Translations under genes and position numbers: made by a program
Notes under the pieces: generated by a model
What the model was told of the DNA's origin: nothing
The model's input: the letters and a program-made list of their open reading frames with translations, nothing else
Databases searched by the model: none
Shown here: piece by piece, positions 1 to 8,873 of the stretch
Numbering within the stretch: the first letter of the stretch is position 1
Layout: every line of letters starts with the position of its first letter
From: an uncultured archaeon
Lineage (GTDB): Archaea > Aenigmatarchaeota > Aenigmatarchaeia > QMZP01
NCBI GenBank assembly: GCA_964537525.1
Contig: CAZIAB010000001.1
Coordinates: 425-64,424, forward strand
Direction: 5' to 3'
Length of the DNA stretch: 64,000 nucleotides

Positions 1-873
1 CGGCGAGCCTCTCATCCACCGTTGCTCCTGATTGGATGGTTTTCATGAGCTTGTCAGCAGCTTCCTTACCAACCTCTTCTGCAGGCTTTCCCCTCTCGCC
101 GAGGCCGTCCGTCCCGAGGATGCAGCCGGTATCGGTCTCTGCCCAGGCGACCATGCCAGAGCCGGGACAGTCCGCCTCAACGTAATGCGAATCCATCCCT
201 ATTTTCAGGCCGAGCGGTGCGAGAGCCTTCCTGAAGGAGGACTCCTGTCTCTCCGCTACCTTTGGCTTCTGGAGTTCCTTTGTCGCTATAGAGATTCCCT
301 TTATGGAGGTTACCTTCCCTGGCTTGTCAAGCAGGATTGGGTTAAAACCATTGGATTTCCTGACCTTTATCGAGACCCTGGCGCCTCCAACAGGGTAGAA
401 GCCGTGCCTCTCCATATCGATTTCGGCATTGAAGCCCATCCTGGAAAGGACAGGTAAGAGAACGTGTTTCGTATAGAGAAGGGGTGGTGCATACTTGCCG
501 AATGTCGCCCCTCCGTTTATCCTTATGGAAACATCCCCAGTGGAGTGGCAGGATGGAAGCTGTAACGACTGGAAGATAAGGCCCGTGCTGCCTGCCGTGC
601 CTATCCTGACGTCAACCTTATCGTTGCATATCCTTCCTGGCGAGAACTCGAGCTCCTCTGAGCCGAGCTTGTCTCCCTTAAGTTGCGCAGAACACATGGA
701 CGCGACCGCCCTTATCCCCTCAAGGTGCTGGAAGCTCAGGCCGGGCTTTGGCCTGTTGGCCCTTATGTTGAAGAGATGGACGGGCTTTCCCGTGTATGCG
801 GACAGCCCTACGGAGGTTCGGGTTATCTGTCCCCCGCCTTCCCCGCACGCGCCATCGACCTCTATCATCATGC
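1..873 (-). CDS. rtcA: RNA 3'-terminal phosphate cyclase RtcA, partial (C-terminus lies beyond the left edge of the window)
   Basis: I translated the minus strand by hand from the ATGATG at 868-873. It reads MMIEVDGACGEGGGQITRTSVGLSAYTGKPVHLFNIRANRPKPGL..., with the canonical RtcA N-terminal GEGGGQI(L)R motif and A/GRxKPGL. There is no stop before position 1, which is why it is missing from the ORF track. Confidence 0.8.
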
Positions 874-915
874 TTAATTCTTGCAGGGGGTGTTATAAAA
901 ATTGTCCGGGGTTTC

Positions 916-2166
916 TTAGACCTTTATCTTGTCGCCGTTCTTTGGGGCAATGCAGTCAAATCCCATTGCCCTGACGTCCTTCACCAGGCCGTCGGGGTTG
1001 TCGCCATGGACGAAGAGAACCCTTCCGGGATTGGATTTCTTTATGTATTTGATTATATGGCTGCGGTCCGTGTGGGCAGAGAAGTCCATCTGCTCAATCC
1101 TCATCTTCGGCTTGACGTTGAGCCCCTCGTTGACGTATCTTCCTGTATCGAGAAGTGTCCTCCCGACCGTCCCCTCGACCTGGTATCCGGTGAATATGAG
1201 CGAGCACTTCTCCCTGTTGTAGAGGTTCTTCATGTAGTAGGAGACAGGCCCACCGTTCATCATCCCTGCGGTGGTTATGACGATACATGGGTTGGCTATC
1301 ACATTCTTCCTCTCCCTGCTCCTGTTTATCTTCCTTGCCCTGCTGAAGGCCCTCTGAAGTTCATGCGGATGGCTCAGGAACTCCTTATTGTTGAGCATTA
1401 TCTCTGTTGCCTCTATCCCCATGCCGTCGAGGAATATGGGGAATCCCAGGTCGTGCAACATTAAGAGCATCTCCTGGGTCCTTCCAACGGCAAAGCTGGG
1501 TATCAGGGCAATCCCGCCGCCGTAAACGGTTTCCTGGACAGTCTCCCTCAGCCTGTCACGAAGCTTCTCCCTCGGGGGGTGGTCCTTGTAGGAATATGTC
1601 GATTCACAGATTAGAATGTCAATGTCCTTCTCAGGTAGTTTGGCCCCCCCGACGAGCTGGGTGTCCGCGAACTTCAGGTCCCCTGTGAAGAGGATTCTCT
1701 TCTTCCCCGTGTCCAGCATGGGAGCGGCTGCGCCGGGTATGTGGCCGGCGTCATGGAGCGTTATCTGGGAGTCCGCGAATTTGATGGGGTTTTTGTAGCC
1801 AATTTCCTTCCTCTTTTCCATGAGGCGCTCTACATGCCCGGGAAGGTATAGGGGGGGCTCTCCCCTCTTCTTCTGGACCTTTATGGAGTCGTGAAGCAGG
1901 AGATAGGATATGTCAAAGGTTGCCTGGGTGGCATGGACGCTGTTCCTGTAGCCATCCCTGTAGAGCTGCGGCAGGAGTCCGGAGTGGTCTATGTGACAGT
2001 GGCTCAGGAAGACCGCGTCAATGGATTTTACGTCGGGCTTTATCGGGAGGAGGGTGTCCTGGACCTCTATGCCGTATTCCCACAGGAAAGTCTCTTTTTG
2101 CGTCCTGAGCAGCATGCCCATCCTGCCAACCTCTCGGGCGCCGCCCAGAAAAGTAATCTCAACCAT
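916..2166 (-). CDS. beta-CASP / metallo-beta-lactamase-fold ribonuclease (archaeal aCPSF2-like short form)
   Basis: 416-aa ORF with the HxHxDH motif (SHCHIDHSG), later Asp/His ligands and a beta-CASP arrangement. It lacks N-terminal KH domains, so it is the short aCPSF2-type form. It sits on the same strand directly upstream of rtcA. Confidence 0.8.
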   Translation of the reverse strand: MVEITFLGGAREVGRMGMLLRTQKETFLWEYGIEVQDTLLPIKPDVKSIDAVFLSHCHIDHSGLLPQLYRDGYRNSVHATQATFDISYLLLHDSIKVQKKRGEPPLYLPGHVERLMEKRKEIGYKNPIKFADSQITLHDAGHIPGAAAPMLDTGKKRILFTGDLKFADTQLVGGAKLPEKDIDILICESTYSYKDHPPREKLRDRLRETVQETVYGGGIALIPSFAVGRTQEMLLMLHDLGFPIFLDGMGIEATEIMLNNKEFLSHPHELQRAFSRARKINRSRERKNVIANPCIVITTAGMMNGGPVSYYMKNLYNREKCSLIFTGYQVEGTVGRTLLDTGRYVNEGLNVKPKMRIEQMDFSAHTDRSHIIKYIKKSNPGRVLFVHGDNPDGLVKDVRAMGFDCIAPKNGDKIKV

Positions 2167-2209
2167 CAGTTACCACAATTATATTATACTTGCCGCCCAA
2201 ATAATAAAT
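2167..2209. promoter_or_regulatory. 43-bp AT-rich divergent intergenic region between the beta-CASP RNase and rbcL; bidirectional promoter candidate
   Basis: Sequence ttaccacaattatattatacttgccgcccaaataataaat lies between two start codons on opposite strands. TATA-like elements (atattata) are present on both strands. Confidence 0.45.
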
Positions 2210-3424
2210 ATGCCAGAATACGTAGACCTCACCTACAAGCCCAGGGACGAACTGATTTGCGATTTCTACGTTGAGCCCTCCCCAGGCCACACGCTGAAAG
2301 ATGCTGCGGAGGACATTGCGCTGGAGTCCTCGACAGGAACGTGGACTGATGTTAAGACCAATAAGCCTCTGTCCGATAGGCTGGCTGCAAGGACCTTTGA
2401 GATAAAGGGAAACCGGATTCGGGTGGCATACCACAAGGAGCTGTTCGAGGCAGGGAACGTCCCCCAGATGATGAGCAGCATAGCCGGCAATATTTTCGGG
2501 ATGAAGAGCGTGAAGCACCTCCGGCTGGAGGACATAGAGTTCCCCTCCTCCATAGTGAGGTGGTATAAAGGACCCCAGGTCGGGATGAGGGAGATAAGGA
2601 GGATGACGAAGATAAGGAAGCGGCCCATTGTCGGGACGATATACAAGCCGAAGCTCGGCCTGAACGCGAGGGAGCAGGGGGAGCTGGCATACAAGATATA
2701 TTCCGCGGGGATGGACTACAGCAAGGATGACGAGAACCTCGGCTCAATGGTCTTCAACAAATTCCAGGACAGGGTCGTGAGGGTGCTGGATTCTGTTGAC
2801 AGGATAAAGAGCGAGCAGGGCAGGACCGTTGTTTATGCGGCCAACATAACCGCCCCTGTGGGTGACATGCTCAAGAGGGCACAGTTCGTTAAGGACCACG
2901 GAGGCAAGTGCATAATGATTGACATCCTGACGGCCGGGTGGAGCGCGCTGGAATACATAACCAAGCAGAGGATGGGGATGATAATACACGGCCACAGGGC
3001 AATGCACGCAGCCCTCACCAGGGACAAGAGGCACGGCGTCTCCATGCTGGTGCTCGCGAAACTCTCCAGGCTGTGCGGTGTGAGCGCCCTTCACACGGGA
3101 ACAATCGTCGGCAAGATGGAGGGTGAGGCAAAGGATATCCAGGAGATAGACAGGTTCATGAGGAGCAGCTGGTACGGCCTGAAGCCGACCATGCCAATCG
3201 CGTCAGGGGGGATGCACCCGGGTCTCGTTCCGAAGCTGATAGATCTTCTCAGCACTGACCTGATAATAACCTTCGGTGGGGGGCTGTGGGGACATCCGGA
3301 CGGGCCGGAAGCAGGGGCAAGGGCAATCAGGCAGAGCGTTGACGCTGTTATGGAGAAGATCCCCCTGAAGGAGTATGCCGAGGGACACGAGGAACTCAGG
3401 AGGGCCATGGAGTTCTGGGATTGA
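2210..3424 (+). CDS. rbcL: Ribulose-1,5-bisphosphate carboxylase/oxygenase large subunit, archaeal form III
   Basis: MPEYVDLTYKPRDE... with GTWTDV, the catalytic-lysine region GxxIYKPKLGL, GMDYSKDDENL, HGHRAMHAA and GGGxWGHPDG motifs. Length of about 404 aa is typical of form III. The start was moved from the ORF-track start (2021) to the ATG at 2210, where RbcL-like sequence begins. Confidence 0.9.
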   Translation: MPEYVDLTYKPRDELICDFYVEPSPGHTLKDAAEDIALESSTGTWTDVKTNKPLSDRLAARTFEIKGNRIRVAYHKELFEAGNVPQMMSSIAGNIFGMKSVKHLRLEDIEFPSSIVRWYKGPQVGMREIRRMTKIRKRPIVGTIYKPKLGLNAREQGELAYKIYSAGMDYSKDDENLGSMVFNKFQDRVVRVLDSVDRIKSEQGRTVVYAANITAPVGDMLKRAQFVKDHGGKCIMIDILTAGWSALEYITKQRMGMIIHGHRAMHAALTRDKRHGVSMLVLAKLSRLCGVSALHTGTIVGKMEGEAKDIQEIDRFMRSSWYGLKPTMPIASGGMHPGLVPKLIDLLSTDLIITFGGGLWGHPDGPEAGARAIRQSVDAVMEKIPLKEYAEGHEELRRAMEFWD

Positions 3425-3456
3425 TTTATGTTGATGGGGGACCAATAGATAATCAT

Positions 3457-3990
3457 ATGTACGAAATCAGGATACATGGCAGGGGAGGTCAGGGGGTGAA
3501 GACCACTGCGCACGTGCTAGGTAGGGCAGGCTTCCTGTCAGGGTATGAGACGCAGGACTTCGCGGTTTACGGCGCTGAGAGGAGAGGTGCTCCTGTGGCT
3601 AGCTTCTGCAGGATGGACAGGAAGCAGGTGCTGTCAAGAGGCTACATATTCAATCCTGACGCGGTCATAATAATGGACCCCACCATAGACAAGGCAATCT
3701 CTCTGGATGGGCTGAAGAACAGGGGTATCGTGCTGGTGAATTCGGAACATAAGATTGAGGGATTCAAGGGAGCAAAATTCATAGACGCGACCAAGATAGC
3801 GATTGAGAGCTTCGGGAAACCGATACCGAGCATAGCGATACTTGGCGCCTTCATACGGCTGTCCGGGATGATTCCCATGGAGAACCTGAAGAAGGCTATA
3901 AAGACAGAGCTCGCAGAGTCAGACCATAAGGAGGCAATACCAGGAAACATAAAGGCCTGCCAAAAATGTTTCGAGGAGATTGGTGGATGA
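3457..3990 (+). CDS. porG: 2-oxoacid:ferredoxin oxidoreductase gamma subunit (PorG-like), stand-alone
   Basis: MYEIRIHGRGGQGVKTTAHVLGRA... followed by FAVYGAERRGAPV, the hallmark N-terminus of POR/KOR gamma subunits, in about 178 aa. No alpha, beta or delta subunits are adjacent. The ORF-track start at 3421 is a TTG that overlaps the rbcL stop, so I used the ATG at 3457. Confidence 0.7.
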   Translation: MYEIRIHGRGGQGVKTTAHVLGRAGFLSGYETQDFAVYGAERRGAPVASFCRMDRKQVLSRGYIFNPDAVIIMDPTIDKAISLDGLKNRGIVLVNSEHKIEGFKGAKFIDATKIAIESFGKPIPSIAILGAFIRLSGMIPMENLKKAIKTELAESDHKEAIPGNIKACQKCFEEIGG

Positions 3991-4358
3991 TGGACATATT
4001 CGGGATGATATTCGGCTGGAACTGGAAGGTCAGGAGGACGAGGAGAAAGTGGGACAGGCTGAGGGAGGACGCACTCAAGAAGGAAGGTCGCCTGAGAAAG
4101 CTTCTCCTCGAGAAGCTGGACCACACAGAGGAGACGCTCAGGATTATAGAGGAGAGGAAGCTGTCGAGGAAGGACAGGCAGAGGAACATGAAGATCGTCA
4201 TGTCCGAGCTCAATTACATCAAGGACCTGCTCGAGGGGAAGATAATAGAGCAGGAAACCGTCTACAGGAAAGATGACTACAAGAAGCTGCCTCAGGTGAG
4301 GCCACAGCCGGGACAGCAATACAGGTATCCATACCCCCAGCAGAAGAAGAAGGGGTAA
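3987..4358 (+). CDS. hypothetical small protein: hydrophobic N-terminus followed by a highly charged K/R/E-rich helical region
   Basis: ATGATG at 3987 overlaps the porG stop (GGATGATGG). The product reads MMDIFGMIFGWNWKVRRTRRKWDRLRED... and ends in a Q/P/Y-rich tail. No recognisable domain. Confidence 0.35.
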   Translation: MMDIFGMIFGWNWKVRRTRRKWDRLREDALKKEGRLRKLLLEKLDHTEETLRIIEERKLSRKDRQRNMKIVMSELNYIKDLLEGKIIEQETVYRKDDYKKLPQVRPQPGQQYRYPYPQQKKKG

Positions 4359-4398
4359 TCCTTTTAATAACAGGATACAAGTTCTATACGGGTGGGGC

Positions 4399-5274
4399 AT
4401 GAAGGTTGCAATCCTTGGACCGGGAAAGAATGCCATCGGATACACGACAAAGAGGCTGCTTGAGGAGGGAAAGAATATTAAGATGAAGCCGAGCCTCATA
4501 CCAATCATAGATATCAGGCTGGTGATAAAGAAGAAGCTTGACGCTGTTTACGAGAAGAAGAGCCTTTCTGATTTTGACTACATCCTTCCGAGGATTGATT
4601 CCAAGAGGGCAAGGGTGGGCTATCCTGTGATGAGATTCCTTGACGAGATGGGTGTCATGAAGCCCTACAACGCAGAAACCGTGATGGTGGCACACAACAA
4701 ATTCATAACCCTGGAGAGGCTGGTATCGAAGGGGATAGAGGTTCCTGAAACATATATGACGGGGTCAAAAAGTTCAGCACTTTCGATAATAAGCAGGCAT
4801 AAGATGCCGGTGATGCTCAAGCTCCTCTCAGGCTTCGGAGGGCAGGGTGTCATGTTGATGGAGAGCAAGGAGGCAGCAAGGTCTGCCATAGAGACCATGA
4901 GGACCCTGAAGCAGGAGATTCTCATTGAGAAATACCTCCCGAACCCGGGCGAGGACATAAGGGGTATAGTTGCCGGTGATGAGATAATCGCCAGCTACAA
5001 GAGGATTGCAGCAAAGGGCGAGTCGCGCTCCAACATAAAGGCAGGGGGCAGGGGCGTCGCGTTCAAGCTCACCAGCGAGATGGAGGACATCTGCATCAAG
5101 TCGGCAAATGCCATAGGTGCTAAAGTATGTGCAATCGATATGATAGATACGAAAGGAAAAATAAACGTCCTGGAGGTCAACATAAACCCCGGCCTTGAGT
5201 GCATAGAGAAGGCGACCAACATAAACGTCGCGCAGAAGATAATGGATTTCGTGAAGTCAGAAATCAGGGGATAG
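4399..5274 (+). CDS. ATP-grasp family ligase (RimK / glutathione-synthetase-like alpha-L-glutamate ligase family)
   Basis: 291 aa with ATP-grasp architecture: central K-containing beta-strand region, GSKSSALS, LSGFGGQGVMLMES, and a C-terminal E..N metal-binding region (INVLEVNINPG). Confidence 0.7.
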   Translation: MKVAILGPGKNAIGYTTKRLLEEGKNIKMKPSLIPIIDIRLVIKKKLDAVYEKKSLSDFDYILPRIDSKRARVGYPVMRFLDEMGVMKPYNAETVMVAHNKFITLERLVSKGIEVPETYMTGSKSSALSIISRHKMPVMLKLLSGFGGQGVMLMESKEAARSAIETMRTLKQEILIEKYLPNPGEDIRGIVAGDEIIASYKRIAAKGESRSNIKAGGRGVAFKLTSEMEDICIKSANAIGAKVCAIDMIDTKGKINVLEVNINPGLECIEKATNINVAQKIMDFVKSEIRG

Positions 5275-6219
5275 CTAGAGGTTCTCGAGGAGGAGCTCAA
5301 AATCCTCTGGGTTGACTATCGGTTTCTTGAACATCCTGGCATCCTCCCTTATCCTGGGACAGGCAGTATTTATCAGGGCCTCTATTCCCATGCCCTCGAG
5401 CTGGGAGGGAAGGAATTCGTTGGCGGCAAGGATGCATGCGGAGAGCCCTTTCTTCCCGAGTTTCCTCTTCATGGAGATTGCTGCCTTTATCCCCATCTGC
5501 CCGGGCTTGGTGGATACCATGATTCCGAAGCTCTTTGCGTGGGAGGCCTTTGCCACCTGAATCATCCTCATCCTCTCCGCATTCCTCTTCTCGTTCCTCA
5601 TGTCAACCAACTCCGTTGTTTCGTAATCAAGGAAGAGGACGGGCTTCTTGACGGCCATGGCGAGACCGACCGGGTGGAAGGTCCCTGTTCCCATGAACAG
5701 GAAGCAGTCAACCACGCTCTCCAGGGGGATTGCTGCAGAGAAGTCGCACCCAAGGACCTGGCCTGGATATCTTGCAACGCTGGGGCTTCCCAGAAATATC
5801 TTTTTTCCGCGGGATTCGAGGAATCTCCTCGCTTTCGGAAGGCCGGAAAGGTACTGGAGGGTCGTTACCAGGCAGAGCTTCTTGTACTCCTTCAGGTTGG
5901 GGAGATGCCTTTTCAGGAGGGCGGTCGGGTCATAATCAACCCTGTATTCCTCGTAGATTACTGGAATCCTCGTCTTTATCCCATAGTCAGAGTGCCCGAT
6001 GTGGAGGATGAGGTCGCAGCCGAGCATCCTGGCTTCATCCTCCCTGAGATCGCAGGCACCGTAGCAGGGTGGAAGAGATAGTATGGTTTCTGTCCCCGAC
6101 TTCTCAAGTTCCCTGCACAATCCGGTTGCTCCTGGCTTCAGACCCTCGGGGACCTGGACGAAGACCCTCCCGGGCTTCCTTGCCCTCACCTTGCTCAGAA
6201 CCTGTTCAAGCTCAATCAT
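5275..6219 (-). CDS. dph2: 2-(3-amino-3-carboxypropyl)histidine synthase, diphthamide biosynthesis (Dph2)
   Basis: 314 aa. It has the three-domain Dph2 pattern with conserved Cys in each domain (PPCYGACD, LVTTLQY...GQVLGCDFS, INTACPR). Its start overlaps the stop of the upstream CorC gene by 4 bp. Confidence 0.8.
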   Translation of the reverse strand: MIELEQVLSKVRARKPGRVFVQVPEGLKPGATGLCRELEKSGTETILSLPPCYGACDLREDEARMLGCDLILHIGHSDYGIKTRIPVIYEEYRVDYDPTALLKRHLPNLKEYKKLCLVTTLQYLSGLPKARRFLESRGKKIFLGSPSVARYPGQVLGCDFSAAIPLESVVDCFLFMGTGTFHPVGLAMAVKKPVLFLDYETTELVDMRNEKRNAERMRMIQVAKASHAKSFGIMVSTKPGQMGIKAAISMKRKLGKKGLSACILAANEFLPSQLEGMGIEALINTACPRIREDARMFKKPIVNPEDFELLLENL

Positions 6220-7448
6220 CTCTTCACTATCCTGACCTTCCTTATGGTCTTTTCATCAGAATCCTCGATTATTATCTTGACCTTCTTGAGGAATATTATC
6301 TCGCCCTTCTTCGGTATCTCGCCCGTTCTCTTCTGTATGAGGCCCGCTATGGTATCGAACTCCCTTTCCGGGAGGCCGAGGTCCATGTAATCATCCAGCA
6401 TCTCCACGGTGACCCGGGCATCAACCAGTAGCTCCGAGGGGCTTATCCTCTTTATGTAGATGCTGGGCTTCCTGCTCTTGTCGAAGATGTCCCCTACTAT
6501 CTCCTCCATCACGTCATCTACTGTGATGAGGCCCTTCACGTGGCCGAACTCGTCAACCACAACCGCGATGACAGTGCCCTTTGCCTCGAAATCATAGAGC
6601 AGGCTCGCTATCTCCTTTGTTGCCGGCACGAAATATGGCTTCCTGCTTATTTTAGAGATTTTGGTTTTTGTCTTGCCTGCCTTCAGCTTTGCCAGTATCT
6701 CGTCCACGTCCACTATTCCCACCACGTTGTCCTCGTTGTCCATGTAGACAGGATACCTTGAGTAGGGGGTCTTGACGATGAAATCGATTACATCGCCTAT
6801 GGTTTTGCTTCCGTCTATCATGAGCATCTCATCCTTATGGGTCATCACCTCACCGACGTGGGTCTTCTCGAACTTTATGAGGCTGTTCATCATCCCTGCT
6901 ATCTCCCTCTTTATTATCCCCTGCTCTGCCCCAATCGTCACTATGGTTTTTAGCTCCTCCTCTGTGAGCTTCTCGGAACCCTTCTTGCCGAATATCCTCA
7001 TCATTAGGTTGCTGAATGCCTCCAGGCTCCTCACTATGGGGAAGAGAATCTTGCTTATTATCTCTACCGTCCTTGCAACCCTGAGAGCTACCTTCTCTGA
7101 GTGGTGGGTGGAATAGGACTTGGGGGTTATCTCGCCGAACATCAGGACGAGCAGCGTCATTATTCCCGTCGCTATGCCGACACCAGCATCACCGAACATC
7201 GATGTGGCGACAGAGGTTGCGATGGCTGCTGCTGATATGTTGACTATGTTGTTGCCGACCAGTATGGTCACAAGGAGCCTCTCTGGATTCGACTTTATCC
7301 TCTGCAGCGCTTCGGCTCCCCTCTTCTTCTGCCTCACCAGCGTCTTGACCTTTATGCTGCTTACCGACATGAGAGCGGTCTCTATGCCGGAGAAGAATGC
7401 AGAGAGGCATAGAAGTATCACGAGCGCTGCTATCTGGGCTTCAAGCAT
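6216..7448 (-). CDS. CNNM/CorC-family divalent-cation transporter (DUF21 TM domain + CBS pair + CorC_HlyC C-terminal domain)
   Basis: N-terminal 4-TM DUF21 region (LEAQIAALVILLCLSAFFSGIETALMSVS), tandem CBS domains and a C-terminal transporter-associated domain. The ORF-track start at 7505 is a TTG, so I used the in-frame ATG at 7448 (MLEAQ...). Confidence 0.8.
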   Translation of the reverse strand: MLEAQIAALVILLCLSAFFSGIETALMSVSSIKVKTLVRQKKRGAEALQRIKSNPERLLVTILVGNNIVNISAAAIATSVATSMFGDAGVGIATGIMTLLVLMFGEITPKSYSTHHSEKVALRVARTVEIISKILFPIVRSLEAFSNLMMRIFGKKGSEKLTEEELKTIVTIGAEQGIIKREIAGMMNSLIKFEKTHVGEVMTHKDEMLMIDGSKTIGDVIDFIVKTPYSRYPVYMDNEDNVVGIVDVDEILAKLKAGKTKTKISKISRKPYFVPATKEIASLLYDFEAKGTVIAVVVDEFGHVKGLITVDDVMEEIVGDIFDKSRKPSIYIKRISPSELLVDARVTVEMLDDYMDLGLPEREFDTIAGLIQKRTGEIPKKGEIIFLKKVKIIIEDSDEKTIRKVRIVKR

Positions 7449-7505
7449 ACTATAATATTGTATTCCGGGGTAATAATGCTTTTGGTCTGGTGGATAGTTG
7501 GGCAA

Positions 7506-7555
7506 TAAGCGTTGCCGGGACGAATGCTTTTTAAATAGTTTCCTGCAACTTTCTA
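7506..7555. promoter_or_regulatory. divergent promoter region between CorC (-) and hmgA (+); TATA box ttttaaat at 7528-7535
   Basis: The TATA element sits about 22-28 nt upstream of the hmgA ATGATG at 7556. This is consistent with a leaderless archaeal transcript. Confidence 0.45.
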
Positions 7556-8827
7556 ATGATGTCTGATATTACGGAGAAAAGCTCTGAGATAAGCGGGTTC
7601 CACAAGCTCAGCGTGGACGAGAAGCTCTCTGCCATAAAGGATTTTGCAGGTCTCGATGAGGAGGACCTGGAAACCCTCAAGAAGACCGGGAGGCTCGGGC
7701 TGGACGTTGCGACCAGGATGATAGAGAACGTTGTCGGGACTTTCGAGTTCCCCTTCGGCGTGGCCACGAACTTCAAAATCAACGGGAAGGACTATCTAAT
7801 CCCCATGGTAATCGAGGAGCCGAGCGTCGTGGCAGCTGCTTCCTATGCCGCGAAGCTGGCAAGGCCCAACGGATTCGAAGCAGAAACTGACGAGCCGGTG
7901 ATGATAGGCCAGGCCCAGATAGTGGACATCCCGGACATGGAAAAGGCAAAGAGGGGGATAGATGAGAGGAAGGAAGCGCTGATAGAGCTTGCCAGGAAGC
8001 AGGATTCCATGCTGGAGAGGTTCGGTGGCGGGCCGAGAGGGATTGAGGTCAGGGAGATAGAGACCGATGCCGGAAGGATGCTTATAATCCATTTGCTTGT
8101 TGACGTCAGGGACGCGATGGGAGCCAACGCGGTCAACACCATGGTGGAGAAGATATCCCCTCTCCTCGAGGAGATTACAGGAGGGAAGGTGAGATTGAGG
8201 ATAATATCCAACCTCGCGACAAAGCGCCTCGCCAGGGCGAAGGCGGTCTGGAAGAAGGACGTCCTGGGAGAGGATGTCATAGAAGGGATAATCCAGGCAT
8301 ACAATTTCGCGGTGAAGGACCCCTACAGGTGCACCACCCACAACAAGGGTGTAATGAACGGGATAGATGCGGTCACCATAGCCACTGGCAATGATTTCCG
8401 CGCGGTCGAGGCAGGGATGCATTCCTACGCAGCGATTGACGGATACAAGCCGATAACAAGGTATGAGAAGGATGGAGAAGGGAACCTTGTCGGGAGCATA
8501 GAGCTTCCCATAGCAGTCGGAACGGTTGGCGGGTGCACGAGGACCAACCCCGTAGCGAAGGTATCGCTAAAGATGCTCGGCGTCAAGACGGCGCAGGAGC
8601 TTGCGGGGGTGATGGCCTCGGTCGGCCTCGCGCAGAACTTTGCCGCCCTGAGGGCGCTGGCAACAGAGGGAATCCAGAGGGGTCACCTCAAGCTGCATGC
8701 CACCAACCTCGCGATAGTCGGGGGAGCCTCAGGTGAGATGGCAGAGAGGGTCGCGCAAAGGATGATAGAGGAAGGGAACATCTCTGCCTCGAGGGCAGAG
8801 CAGCTAGTGAAGGAAATGGGCGAATAG
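7556..8827 (+). CDS. hmgA: 3-hydroxy-3-methylglutaryl-CoA reductase, class II
   Basis: 423 aa. ENVVGTFEFPFGVA, DAMGANAVNTM, GTVGG and HLKLHA motifs are present. Length and motif spacing match class II (bacterial-type) HMGR rather than the longer archaeal class I enzyme. Confidence 0.85.
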   Translation: MMSDITEKSSEISGFHKLSVDEKLSAIKDFAGLDEEDLETLKKTGRLGLDVATRMIENVVGTFEFPFGVATNFKINGKDYLIPMVIEEPSVVAAASYAAKLARPNGFEAETDEPVMIGQAQIVDIPDMEKAKRGIDERKEALIELARKQDSMLERFGGGPRGIEVREIETDAGRMLIIHLLVDVRDAMGANAVNTMVEKISPLLEEITGGKVRLRIISNLATKRLARAKAVWKKDVLGEDVIEGIIQAYNFAVKDPYRCTTHNKGVMNGIDAVTIATGNDFRAVEAGMHSYAAIDGYKPITRYEKDGEGNLVGSIELPIAVGTVGGCTRTNPVAKVSLKMLGVKTAQELAGVMASVGLAQNFAALRALATEGIQRGHLKLHATNLAIVGGASGEMAERVAQRMIEEGNISASRAEQLVKEMGE

Positions 8828-8873
8828 CCATTCTTATATTATATACAATTATAGAATAGTTAACTGTGATTCC

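Noticed and set aside
32-1464. Plus-strand ORFs of 141, 159, 64 and 222 aa at the left edge
   Set aside because: The minus strand here encodes a clean RtcA (GEGGGQ motif) and then the beta-CASP RNase. The plus-strand ORFs lack motifs and overlap those genes.
3642-4508. 288-aa minus-strand ORF spanning the porG 3' end, the small ORF and the ATP-grasp 5' end
   Set aside because: L/P/F-rich low-complexity translation. It is antisense to two well-supported genes and has no promoter or ribosome-binding signals.
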